NCBI GenBank assembly: GCA_041744795.1
Contig: JBGTKD010000199.1
Location: forward strand, 1-60,509
Direction of reading: 5' to 3'
DNA: 60,509 nucleotides
From: Acidimicrobiia bacterium
GTDB taxonomy: Bacteria > Actinomycetota > Acidimicrobiia > Spongiisociales > ZC4RG35
Of the stretch, positions 35,825 to 44,750 are shown piece after piece. Under the pieces are notes generated by a model, which worked only from the letters and a program-made list of their open reading frames with translations, did no database searches and was not told the origin of the DNA. The translations under genes were made by a program, and so were the position numbers. Positions within the stretch are counted from its first letter, which is position 1. Each line of letters opens with the position of its first letter.

Positions 35825-37615
35825 TCACTGCTTGGCGTATATCTCGTCTATGACGCCGCCGTACAAGTCTGAGACCACCTGGCGCTTCACCTTCAATGTG
35901 GGGGTCAACTCACCGCCCTCGATCGAGAAGTCGGCGGGAAGAATGCGGAATGTTCTGATGGACTCAGCCTTGGAAACCGCGCTGTTGGCATCGTCCACGG
36001 CGACCTGCACTGCCGCCCGCAAGTCGTCGTCGTCAAGATTGTCCTGCAATGAGCCGGTCTTGTCATTGGCTTCCGCCCAGCGGGGGTATTCGTCGGGGTC
36101 GATCGTCACCAAACTGGCGATGAAAGGCTGGTTGTCTCCGACGACCATTGCTTGGCTGATGAGGGGATGGGCGCGAAGTCGGTCTTCGAGGACGGCCGGC
36201 GCGACGTTCTTGCCGCCCGCCGTGACGATGATTTCCTTTTTGCGTCCGGTGATCCGCAGGAAGCCCTGGTCGTCCAGTTCGCCGATGTCACCCGAGTGGA
36301 ACCATCCGTCGCGTATCGATTCGTTCGTCGCGTCCGGGTTGTTCCAGTAGCCACCAAGCACGTGGCGTCCCCTGATCAGGACCTCCCCGTCCTCGGCGAT
36401 TCTGAGGGACACACCCGGAATGGGTAGTCCGACCGAACCGATCGAAATGGCATCTGGCCGGTTGACCGTGGAGCCGGCCGACGTCTCGGTGAGACCGTAC
36501 CCCTCCAGCACGGTGATCCCAATGCCGCTGTAGAAGTGTCCAAGCCGCGAACCAAGAGCTGCCCCACCGGAGATGGCGTACTGGCAGCGACCGCCGAAGA
36601 CGTCGCGCAACTTGGTGTAGACGAGTTTGTCGAACAAGCCATGGAGGACCTTGGTCTTGAGAGAGACCTTGCCCGCCTGGGACTGTTCCGAGAAGTCGAT
36701 CGCCGTGTTGACAGCCGCGTCGAAAATCTTTCCCTTGCCATCGCCGTGCGCCTTCTGATAAGCCCCGTTGTATATCTTCTCGAACACACGAGGCACGGCG
36801 AACATCCACGTGGGACGGACCATCTGGAGTTCCTCGAGGAGCACAGGCACGCCGTTGGAATAGTTGATCTTGGCGCCCTCATTGACCGAGGCAACCTGAA
36901 TCAACCTGGCGAAAATGTGAGCGAGTGGTAGGAACATGAGCGTCGATGCGCCGGGATTCATGACGTTGTCTGTGATCGACTGCACCTGCCGGGTGATCCA
37001 TACGAAGTTGTCGACGCTGAGGATGACTCCCTTGGGACGGCCCGTCGTACCTGAGGTGTAGACCAGGGTGGCGAGTTCAGCTTGACCTACCGATCGAGCT
37101 CGTTCCATCACGTCCGCATCGGAGATGCCTGCTCCCGCCTCGACGAGGGCATCCATTCCGCCGGAGTCGAGGCTGTAGACGAACTCGCAGGTGCCGAGAT
37201 CACCTGCCCGCTCCAAGTACACCTTCTTCAGGTCGTCGTTGGCACAGATGATCGCCCTCGCCTCAGAGTCGCTCACGATCCATTCGACCTGTTCGGCCGA
37301 CGACGTCTCGTAGATCGTCACTGTTGCCAGACCTGCCGTCCAGATGGCGTAGTCGAGCACCGTGAACTCGTAGCGGGTCGGAGAAAACAGGCATACTCGG
37401 TCGCCTTTCTCGAGACCCAGAGCCATGAGACCGGCTGCCACACGCCGCACCTGGGAGGCGAACTCGGAATATGTCACTTCCTCGAACGGCCCATCTCCGA
37501 CCCGGTAGGCGGCAATAGCGTGGTCCGGCAGCGCCTTCTCGTTGGCCCACAACTGGGTGGTTAGGTTCTCGGCCGGGTCGACGCTGACCTCGCCGGGAGC
37601 GGTGAATTCTTTCAA
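35825..37615 (-). CDS. Long-chain fatty-acid--CoA ligase (AMP-dependent synthetase)
   Basis: 596 aa with the AMP-binding signature YTSGTTGRPKG and downstream GYGLTE and GWFHSGD motifs. Confidence 0.9.
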   Translation of the reverse strand: MKEFTAPGEVSVDPAENLTTQLWANEKALPDHAIAAYRVGDGPFEEVTYSEFASQVRRVAAGLMALGLEKGDRVCLFSPTRYEFTVLDYAIWTAGLATVTIYETSSAEQVEWIVSDSEARAIICANDDLKKVYLERAGDLGTCEFVYSLDSGGMDALVEAGAGISDADVMERARSVGQAELATLVYTSGTTGRPKGVILSVDNFVWITRQVQSITDNVMNPGASTLMFLPLAHIFARLIQVASVNEGAKINYSNGVPVLLEELQMVRPTWMFAVPRVFEKIYNGAYQKAHGDGKGKIFDAAVNTAIDFSEQSQAGKVSLKTKVLHGLFDKLVYTKLRDVFGGRCQYAISGGAALGSRLGHFYSGIGITVLEGYGLTETSAGSTVNRPDAISIGSVGLPIPGVSLRIAEDGEVLIRGRHVLGGYWNNPDATNESIRDGWFHSGDIGELDDQGFLRITGRKKEIIVTAGGKNVAPAVLEDRLRAHPLISQAMVVGDNQPFIASLVTIDPDEYPRWAEANDKTGSLQDNLDDDDLRAAVQVAVDDANSAVSKAESIRTFRILPADFSIEGGELTPTLKVKRQVVSDLYGGVIDEIYAKQ

Positions 37616-37675
37616 GGTGTCCTCCTAGGAGCAGTGCCACAAGGGTACAGGGCTGACGCATGGCGTTGGCCGGGA

Positions 37676-38464
37676 TCAGAGCTCGATCGTCATGCCGTCG
37701 AAGGCGACTTCGAATCCGGCCTCGTGAACGAAGCGATTCTCCGCAGACGACGGATCGCACAACGGGTTGGTGTGATTGAGGTGCGTCAGCACGACCCGTG
37801 TTCCCACCCCGGCGAACTTGCTAATCGTTTCGCGCACGAGGGGGTGCGGGAAGTCCTTGATAGACCGCCCAGGTATCTCATCGGGGGACCAGAACGTGGC
37901 GTCTAGGAAGGCAACGGCGTGGCCAGCCACCACCTCGACTGCAGACGGCCATGTCTCCCAGCTGTCGATGTCCGGCAACCACAGGGCGCGTCGTCCGATC
38001 GATATGGCAACCGTGTCGCTGAATTCGCCGCGATGCGGTACGGGGATCAGCTCGATCTCGTTTCCGGCCCAAATCGATTCCGAGGTGGCCACCAGTCGGC
38101 CGTCGTCGATCAACGCGCTCCATGGAGCGTTCGAAGCCAAGAACGAATACATCGATTCAGTCGTGAAAAGTCGAGTGGCATCGGAGGCTGCCACTTCCTT
38201 CCCAAAGTGGACTAGCCCGGCGTAGTGCCCAACGTGGGCATGGGTGAGGGCGACGGCGTCGGGCAAAGAACGCCGATTCCACCATTGGACCCGGAAATCC
38301 GGGGAGACATCGCACAGCAGAGCCTGGTTGTCCTCCTCTACGAGCAGCGAAGGACCGGTCCTTTCCGGTATCGATCCCTCCCGGGCGGCTTCGTCTAGAG
38401 GATCGCTGCTGGCGGCCTGCGGAAGCGCCCCGTCTTGGCCGGAGCCGAGGATCGTCAGCCGCAT
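37676..38464 (-). CDS. PqqB-family metallo-beta-lactamase-fold protein (orphan)
   Basis: 262 aa with HxHxxH-type THAHVGHY. The C-terminus VLTHLNHTNPLCDPSSAENRFVHEAGFEVAFDGMTIEL closely resembles PqqB C-termini (…HINNTNP…GIEVAYDGM.IEL). Confidence 0.75.
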   Translation of the reverse strand: MRLTILGSGQDGALPQAASSDPLDEAAREGSIPERTGPSLLVEEDNQALLCDVSPDFRVQWWNRRSLPDAVALTHAHVGHYAGLVHFGKEVAASDATRLFTTESMYSFLASNAPWSALIDDGRLVATSESIWAGNEIELIPVPHRGEFSDTVAISIGRRALWLPDIDSWETWPSAVEVVAGHAVAFLDATFWSPDEIPGRSIKDFPHPLVRETISKFAGVGTRVVLTHLNHTNPLCDPSSAENRFVHEAGFEVAFDGMTIEL

Positions 38465-38477
38465 CCGGGACGCCCGG

Positions 38478-39287
38478 TCATGTACCGGTGAAGTCGGGCG
38501 GCCGCTTCTCCAGGAAAGAGGTCACCGCCTCGGTCAGATCTTTAGAAGCTAGAAACGCCGCATTCCACAGCGCCATATGCTTGAGGGCGCTCTCCGTTGA
38601 CATTCCCTGCTGGAGACGCAGTACTTCCTTGGCGCCTTGGACGACAAGAGGCGAGTTTGCGGCGATCTCGTTTGCCACCTCACCGGCGTGGGCGTGGACA
38701 TCGTCGACGGTGCGGTTTACCAGGCCCACCCTTTCGGCCTCGTCGGCGTCGAAGTCTCGGCCTGTGAATAGAAGCTCGGCGACATGGCCCGGTCCGATGA
38801 TGCGGGGTAGACGTTGAACCGTCCCGACATCGGCCACCAGACCCATGGGCGTCTCCCTGATTCCGAAGGTGGCATCCCTTGACGAGAAACGAATGTCACA
38901 AGCTGTGATCAGGTCGATTCCCGCCCCCAGGCAGTAGCCGTGAACCGCGGCGATCACCGGAATGGGTGCTCGCTCGAAGGCTGTCATGGTGTCTTGCAGG
39001 CGCAGGATGTCGCGTCGCACGTTGCCACTGCGCGCGGCGTGGGAGGCTCCCTTCCCGGTGAAAGATCCGAGCATGGCGAGATCGATGCCCACAGTGAAAG
39101 CAGGCCCCCTCCCGGCGACAACTAGGCACCGGACTCGTTCGTCGCTGGTGAGCTCTCTCACAGCGTCGGGAATGTCGGCCCACATGTCCTCGGACATGGC
39201 GTTGAGCTTTGCTGGTCGGTTCAGCCACAGCCAGCCAACTGCTCCTTGGACCTCGGTTTCAACATGTGTGTGACCCATAGGTGGCAA
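38478..39287 (-). CDS. Enoyl-CoA hydratase/isomerase (crotonase) family protein
   Basis: 269 aa with a crotonase fold (…LNRPAKLNAM…, …VIAAVHGYCLGAGIDL…). Confidence 0.9.
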   Translation of the reverse strand: MPPMGHTHVETEVQGAVGWLWLNRPAKLNAMSEDMWADIPDAVRELTSDERVRCLVVAGRGPAFTVGIDLAMLGSFTGKGASHAARSGNVRRDILRLQDTMTAFERAPIPVIAAVHGYCLGAGIDLITACDIRFSSRDATFGIRETPMGLVADVGTVQRLPRIIGPGHVAELLFTGRDFDADEAERVGLVNRTVDDVHAHAGEVANEIAANSPLVVQGAKEVLRLQQGMSTESALKHMALWNAAFLASKDLTEAVTSFLEKRPPDFTGT

Positions 39288-39330
39288 GGATACGCCCGAG
39301 ATCGCCGACCGGTTCTCGCCCGTTGAATGG

Positions 39331-40005
39331 GTGGCGTACCCTCGGCGGATGGAACTTCTTGAAGCGCTCTACACGACACGGGCCATGCGACGAACAACGA
39401 CCGATCCGATACCGGACGAGGTGTTGGCGGGCATGCTCGATGCGGCTGTCCGCGCACCGTCGGGAGGCAACTCTCAGAACTGGCGGTTCGTGGCTGTTAC
39501 CGACCAGACCACCAAGGATCTTCTTGGTCCGGTGTACCGCGACGCCTGGAACGAGCTCAACTCCGCCGTCTACGCAGGAGTCCGCGAGCAGGCCGCTGAC
39601 AAAGGCGATAACCAGTCGCTCCGCATGCTCAAATCGAGTGACTGGCTGGCAGACAACTTCGAGGCTGTGCCGATGTGGTTGATGGTCTTTTCGCGCAACG
39701 ATCCGAGCGGGGCGTCGATCTATCCGGCCGTGTGGAACGCAATGCTGGCAGCGCGTGGTCACGGTGTCGGGACATGCCTGACGACGATTCTCGGCGTGTT
39801 TCAGCAGCCCGCCACGTTCAAGATCCTGGGAGTCCCGGACGACAAGGGCTGGATCATGAATGCAGCTGTTTCCGTTGGATACCCCACCGGCCGATGGGGA
39901 CTGGCCAAACGAAAGCCTGCCCATGAAGTGGCGTACGCCGAGCGTTGGGGTGAGCCGCTCGGCTTCACCATCGATCAGTCCCTCTGGCAGGAACCGTCCG
40001 ACTGA
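39331..40005 (+). CDS. Nitroreductase-family protein
   Basis: N-terminal EALYTTRAMRR... and ...APSGGNSQNWRF.... The start is GTG 39331 or the in-frame ATG 39349. Confidence 0.85.
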   Translation: MAYPRRMELLEALYTTRAMRRTTTDPIPDEVLAGMLDAAVRAPSGGNSQNWRFVAVTDQTTKDLLGPVYRDAWNELNSAVYAGVREQAADKGDNQSLRMLKSSDWLADNFEAVPMWLMVFSRNDPSGASIYPAVWNAMLAARGHGVGTCLTTILGVFQQPATFKILGVPDDKGWIMNAAVSVGYPTGRWGLAKRKPAHEVAYAERWGEPLGFTIDQSLWQEPSD

Positions 40006-40035
40006 CACGAGCGCGGCCAGGCGACGACTGGTGAG

Positions 40036-40566
40036 TCAACCGAGAACGGCTAGGACCTCGTCCAGGTCTGCGTGATCTCCCGCGAAGTCCTCGAAATCAG
40101 CGTATAGAAGCTCGTCGCCTGGACCAATCACCAGCGTGGCACCAAGTTGGAAGGGTCTCCTGCCCGAATTGTGCTGGCGGTGGCCTCCCAGGGTCGACCG
40201 GATGCCGGAGACGAGCTGTTTGGGGGACACCAGACTCAGCCCCCGCATCTTCTTAGTGCCGGCAACCTCGGCAGCTGATCCGTCCTGATCCAGAAGCACG
40301 GGAAACGGCACCTGCTCATCCTCGATGAAGGCTTTGGCGTAGCGCTTCCCCCCGGTTCCGATCGCAGTTACTCCCACGCCCTTCGCCACGAACTCGGCGT
40401 ACCTCTCGCGGACCTGACCGGCCCGCTCTCGACAAGTCAGTCAGCCGAAATGGCGTAGAAACAAGATGACGTGGGGACTCTCTGCCCAAAGGTCACCGAG
40501 CGTGACCTCATTCTCATCCGGATCGATGACAACCGTCTTGCCCAGTTTCGCCACATCGAAGGTCAT
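40036..40566 (-). CDS. Peroxiredoxin-like (AhpC-TSA_2) thiol oxidoreductase with in-frame TGA at the CxxC position (candidate selenoprotein, otherwise nonsense pseudogene)
   Basis: From ATG 40566 the frame reads ...PHVILFLRHFG-TGA(40443..40441)-LTCRERAGQ.... It continues in the same frame into track ORF 40036..40389. The family hallmark is FLRxFGCxxCR. Confidence 0.6.
40408..40426 (-). promoter_or_regulatory. SECIS-like stem-loop downstream of the in-frame UGA
   Basis: mRNA G-CGGGCC [GGUCA] GGUCCG-C: 7 bp including one G-U pair. The stem starts 15 nt after the UGA, which places the apical loop about 21 nt downstream. Confidence 0.4.
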
Positions 40567-40582
40567 GCGCGGAGCGTAGTAG

Positions 40583-41584
40583 CTAGAACAACGTTGGCCG
40601 GAAGAGGCGGTCGTGGGTGCTCAGGGCGAAACGGTCAGTCATTCCTGACACGTAGTCGATTGCCCGTGTGAGGTCGTCGGTGTCGTCGACCCTGTATGAC
40701 TCGGGAATCTCATCCGGGTGCTCGACGTAGTAGTCCGTGAGGTTGCGGATGACGACGATGGCCCGTTGCTTCTGTGCTTCAGCCTCGGGGCTTAGATAGA
40801 CGTTGGAGAACATGAAGTCTCGTAGCTCGTTCATCACGTCGAGGGTCGGCTGGTCCATCGTGACCACTCCCGCTTCTGAGGAAGTCAGAACCACCGCGTC
40901 GATCATTGATCCGATCCACTGGCGAGAGCTGTCGCCGAACCGGCGAACGGCACGATCAGGCAGGTCGACAAACGAGATGACGCCGGCACGAAGGGCATCG
41001 GCTACGTCGTGGGTCAGGTACGCGATGCGGTCAGCGAAACGGCACAGGTCCCCCTCTGGGGTGCTCGGAGGCGGATCGATCTTCCAAGAGTGCGCCCGCA
41101 CCCCGTCGAGAACTTCCCAGGTCAGGTTTAGCGGCTCGAGGACCGACAGCACTCTGACCCCTTGAGCCGAGTGCAGCCACTCGCCTTCGACATAGGGGGT
41201 CAGCGCGTCCTCTCCGGTGTGACCGAAAGGGGAATGTCCGACGTCATGGGCCAGGCAGATCGCCTCCGTTAGCGCCTCGTTGAGACCCAACGCCACCGCC
41301 ATCGCTCTTCCGACCTGGGTGACATGGACGGTGTGTGTGAGCCGGGTCACGTAGTGGTCGCCCTCAGGGTTCAAAAAGACCTGGGTCTTGTGCTTCAACC
41401 TTCGAAAAGCCTTCGAGTGGATGATCCGGTCGCGGTCGCGCTCAAACACGGTTCGGTACTCGTCGTGTGGCTCATCCACGCCACGTCCCCGCGACTGGTT
41501 GGACTTGGTCGCCAACGGAGAGAGGTCCCGATGCTCGCGCTCTTCTCGTTCTGCTCGAAGAACCCGGTGCAGGTTCGCGCTCAT
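40583..41584 (-). CDS. dGTP triphosphohydrolase-like HD-domain protein
   Basis: 333 aa with the HD motif HDVGHSPFGHTGE and a dgt-family N-terminus (…YRTVFERDRDRIIHSKAFRRLKHKTQVF…). ATG 41584 overlaps the phnE stop as ATGA. Confidence 0.85.
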   Translation of the reverse strand: MSANLHRVLRAEREEREHRDLSPLATKSNQSRGRGVDEPHDEYRTVFERDRDRIIHSKAFRRLKHKTQVFLNPEGDHYVTRLTHTVHVTQVGRAMAVALGLNEALTEAICLAHDVGHSPFGHTGEDALTPYVEGEWLHSAQGVRVLSVLEPLNLTWEVLDGVRAHSWKIDPPPSTPEGDLCRFADRIAYLTHDVADALRAGVISFVDLPDRAVRRFGDSSRQWIGSMIDAVVLTSSEAGVVTMDQPTLDVMNELRDFMFSNVYLSPEAEAQKQRAIVVIRNLTDYYVEHPDEIPESYRVDDTDDLTRAIDYVSGMTDRFALSTHDRLFRPTLF

Positions 41585-42543
41585 CCGAGGGGGTTAAGCG
41601 CCACTTCGAGCTGGTACAGCACGAAGACGAAGAGTGCCACGGCGGCCAGCAGGCCGATGATGATCAGGCCCCGTTCCCAAGTCTTCATCCGGAGGAAGGC
41701 CGCGATTGGACCTGTCTCGGGTCGTCCGCTGATGATCCGCCTACGCAAGCGTCCCGAGGTCATGTCGACTAGCAACACCACTGCCACGGTGATGAAGAGG
41801 ACGGTTCCTGCTCGGGAGAAGTCACGGAAACGCAACTGTGAGACGAGTTCGGCACCGATGCCTCCTGCGCCGACGATACCCAGCACCGCAGATGCGCGGA
41901 TGTTGACCTCGAACCGGTAGAGCCAATAGGCGACGATGTTCGGCATGACCTGGGGAACGATGGCGAATCGCATCCGCTGGATCCAGGTTCCGCCTGCGGA
42001 CGCGACGGCCTGAACAGGTCCGGGGTCGATGCCTTCGATGACTTCCGAGGACAGCTTTCCGAGGGTGCCGATGGAGTGGATGCCAATAGCGAGTGTGCCG
42101 GTCCATGGTCCGAGGCCGGTCACGGGGATTAGAACCATGGCCACGAGGAGTTCCGGGACGGCGCGTATGGCGTTCAGCACCTGGCGCACACTGTTCGACA
42201 TCCATGCTGGAGTGACGTTCTTGGCGGCGAGGAACGCCAGCGGAAAAGAGAAGAAGGCGCCTATCAGCGTGCCGATCCACGCGATGTACAAGGACTCCAT
42301 CATCTTCGGCACGGCGCGCTGGAGCGCTTCGGCGCTCATGTCCGGAGGGATCAACTGGCTGATGATCGTCCAGATGTCGTTTGGAGCGTTGAGCACTCGT
42401 TCGACCGACAGGTTCAATCCCATTGCTGACCAAATCGCAGGGACCACGATGGCGACTGCGACCGCCCACCGGAACAGTTGAGGTCCAAGTGGCCGGGCGG
42501 GCCGAGGGGTTTTCTCTACGTTTCGATTCGCCACGGTCGTCAT
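41581..42543 (-). CDS. phnE: Phosphonate ABC transporter permease
   Basis: 320 aa with a PhnE-type permease core (…AVASAGGTWIQRMRFAIVPQVMPNIVAYWLYRFEVNIRASAVLGIVGAGGIG…). It overlaps both neighbouring genes by 4 nt. Confidence 0.85.
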   Translation of the reverse strand: MTTVANRNVEKTPRPARPLGPQLFRWAVAVAIVVPAIWSAMGLNLSVERVLNAPNDIWTIISQLIPPDMSAEALQRAVPKMMESLYIAWIGTLIGAFFSFPLAFLAAKNVTPAWMSNSVRQVLNAIRAVPELLVAMVLIPVTGLGPWTGTLAIGIHSIGTLGKLSSEVIEGIDPGPVQAVASAGGTWIQRMRFAIVPQVMPNIVAYWLYRFEVNIRASAVLGIVGAGGIGAELVSQLRFRDFSRAGTVLFITVAVVLLVDMTSGRLRRRIISGRPETGPIAAFLRMKTWERGLIIIGLLAAVALFVFVLYQLEVALNPLG

Positions 42544-43907
42544 ACGAGCCTCCGTCGCAGCGCGACGCTGACCTGTTCGATCGCGAACACGATCACGAAG
42601 ATGAGGATCACGATTGCCAGCACCCGGTCGAACTGGAAGAACGACCTTTGTGCTTCCAGCACGCGGCCTATTCCACCGGCTCCGGCGAGACCGATGACGA
42701 CAGAGGCTCGGATGTTGATCTCAAAGATGTACAGGGCGTATGCCACGTAATTGGGCAGCACCTGGGGGAGGACCGCCGATCGCACTGCAGGGAAATGCGC
42801 TGCTCCCGTCGATCGGGCAGCTTCGAGCGGTCCGACATCGACGGCGTCGATCGTCTCTGAGAACAGCTTGCCCATGATGCCGAGTGAGAAGAACACAAGA
42901 GCCAGGGCACCGGCGAGAGGTCCGACGCCTAGTGCGGCCACGAAGAGCAGTGCCCAGAAGAGGTCCGGAACCGTGCGGATCAGGCTCATGATCCCCTTGT
43001 CGATCAGGTACACGACGTTGCTCGGCGCGGTGATCTTGGAGGCCATAAAGGCCACGGGTAGGGCGAACCCGCACCCGATCACGCTGGCCACGATCGAGAT
43101 TCGGAAGGTTTCGATGAGGGGATTGGCACGGGTCGAAGAACCGAACTCCCACGTCGGTGGCCACCACCAGGTTCCTTCACCGACCGCCCAGGCGAAGTCC
43201 GGCGGCCAGAAGTTGGGGACGTTGACGATGTTGCGGAAATCTCTGATCAGGTTGGTGAGGCTGAATCCCACCTCCGCACCTGCGAAAAAGCTTCCAAAGA
43301 TCACTGCGGCGACGACCCCGAGAACGGGGATCTTTCCGACCGCGCCGAGGGTGGAGGCCAGACCTATGAGGCCGACGGCCAGACTCACAACCACGAAAAC
43401 ACCCACGCCAAATTCGGGTTCGGCCCCTCTGGACAGGCTGCTGAGCGGCGTGAAGACGTCGAAGCTGTTGGCTGCTGGCAGGGCGATGACACCCGCGCCG
43501 ATCCACGCCAGTGCCCCGTTGATGGCTGCAAAAGGCCGTGCGCCCCGCGCTCGCAGAATCCAGCCAACAGCTAGCCCGGTGACAGCCCATGCCCCGCCTA
43601 CCGAAAGGGCCAGCAGTACGCCAAGTGTCTCAGGAACGTCCGAGACGATGGCGGCTGTGAGAAGACAGGAGGCCAGCACCGCCGTGCCTAGAACGGCCTC
43701 TTCGAGCGACGAGAGTTCCAGCTTGGCGATGCGGAAGCTCAAAAGGACTCCGCCAGCCGCCAGGACACCCCAGATGATTCCGGATGCGGTTAGTGCGGTC
43801 ATCCCTCCCGCAACGAGCAAAACCAAACCGGCGAGGAGACCGGGAAGGAGGGTGTAAGCCCTGAGAGGTGGGACAGGGCGCGTTGGCGCCTCCGCCACCT
43901 GAGTCAC
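42540..43907 (-). CDS. phnE: Phosphonate ABC transporter permease with extra N-terminal TM domain
   Basis: 455 aa. The C-terminal half is PhnE-like (…AARSTGAAHFPAVRSAVLPQVLPNYVAYALYIFEINIRASVVIGLAGAGGIG…). The N-terminal 190 aa or so add further TM helices. Confidence 0.8.
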   Translation of the reverse strand: MTQVAEAPTRPVPPLRAYTLLPGLLAGLVLLVAGGMTALTASGIIWGVLAAGGVLLSFRIAKLELSSLEEAVLGTAVLASCLLTAAIVSDVPETLGVLLALSVGGAWAVTGLAVGWILRARGARPFAAINGALAWIGAGVIALPAANSFDVFTPLSSLSRGAEPEFGVGVFVVVSLAVGLIGLASTLGAVGKIPVLGVVAAVIFGSFFAGAEVGFSLTNLIRDFRNIVNVPNFWPPDFAWAVGEGTWWWPPTWEFGSSTRANPLIETFRISIVASVIGCGFALPVAFMASKITAPSNVVYLIDKGIMSLIRTVPDLFWALLFVAALGVGPLAGALALVFFSLGIMGKLFSETIDAVDVGPLEAARSTGAAHFPAVRSAVLPQVLPNYVAYALYIFEINIRASVVIGLAGAGGIGRVLEAQRSFFQFDRVLAIVILIFVIVFAIEQVSVALRRRLV

Positions 43908-44677
43908 AGCTCGGCGCCTTCGAGTAGATCGTCGGGCGTGACGGCTCGGCCGTAGATATCTCGGAAGGTGTCTTCTCCGACATCGGCGATCTGGCCGTCG
44001 TAGACGAGTTCGCCGTCGCGCAGACCGATCAGGCGCTGTCCGTAGCTGCGGGCCAGGTCCAGGAAGTGGAGATTGATGATTGTCGTGATCTTCAGCTCGC
44101 GGTTGATCCGCCGGAGGTCGCGCATGACTGTGTGTGAGGTGACAGGGTCGAGCGAGGCGACCGGCTCGTCTGCCAGGACGACAGTTGGTTCCTGGGCCAG
44201 TGCCCTGGCGATTCCGACCCGCTGCTGCTGGCCGCCCGAAAGGTCCGAGGCTCGCACGTAGGCCTTTTCAACGATCTCGACCCGCTCCAGCGCCTGCAAT
44301 GCGATCTCTCGCTCACTGGCTGGCCAGAGGGCGAGAAGGGAGCGCCAGCGCGGCACTTTGGATATTCGTCCCATGAGCACGTTGTTAATGACCGATGTTC
44401 GATTGACCAGGTTGAAGGTCTGAAAGATCATCCCGATGTGGGAGCGGAGCTCCCTCAGGGTCTTGGCGTCTGCCCCGCGAACCTCGACGCCGTCGACCTT
44501 GACCGATCCGGCAGTGATTGGAACGAAGCCGTTGATAGCTCGAAGAAGAGTCGACTTTCCCGCTCCAGAGAGTCCGACAATGACGACCAGCTCGCCGGTC
44601 TCAATCGTCAAGGAGACGTTCTTCAGGGCCTTCAGACCGCCCGGATAGGTGACGTCGACATTCTCGAACTCGATCAT
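43904..44677 (-). CDS. phnC: Phosphonate ABC transporter ATP-binding protein
   Basis: Walker A GLSGAGKST, signature LSGGQQQR and Walker B VVLADEP. PhnC-like N-terminus MIEFENVDVTYPGG. Confidence 0.9.
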   Translation of the reverse strand: MIEFENVDVTYPGGLKALKNVSLTIETGELVVIVGLSGAGKSTLLRAINGFVPITAGSVKVDGVEVRGADAKTLRELRSHIGMIFQTFNLVNRTSVINNVLMGRISKVPRWRSLLALWPASEREIALQALERVEIVEKAYVRASDLSGGQQQRVGIARALAQEPTVVLADEPVASLDPVTSHTVMRDLRRINRELKITTIINLHFLDLARSYGQRLIGLRDGELVYDGQIADVGEDTFRDIYGRAVTPDDLLEGAEL

Positions 44678-44750
44678 TTCTCTCCTCTGACGAGATTCAG
44701 GGGCCGCCGTGTCCGGCGGCCCCTGAAAGACCGGGTGTTACCCCGAAGCG

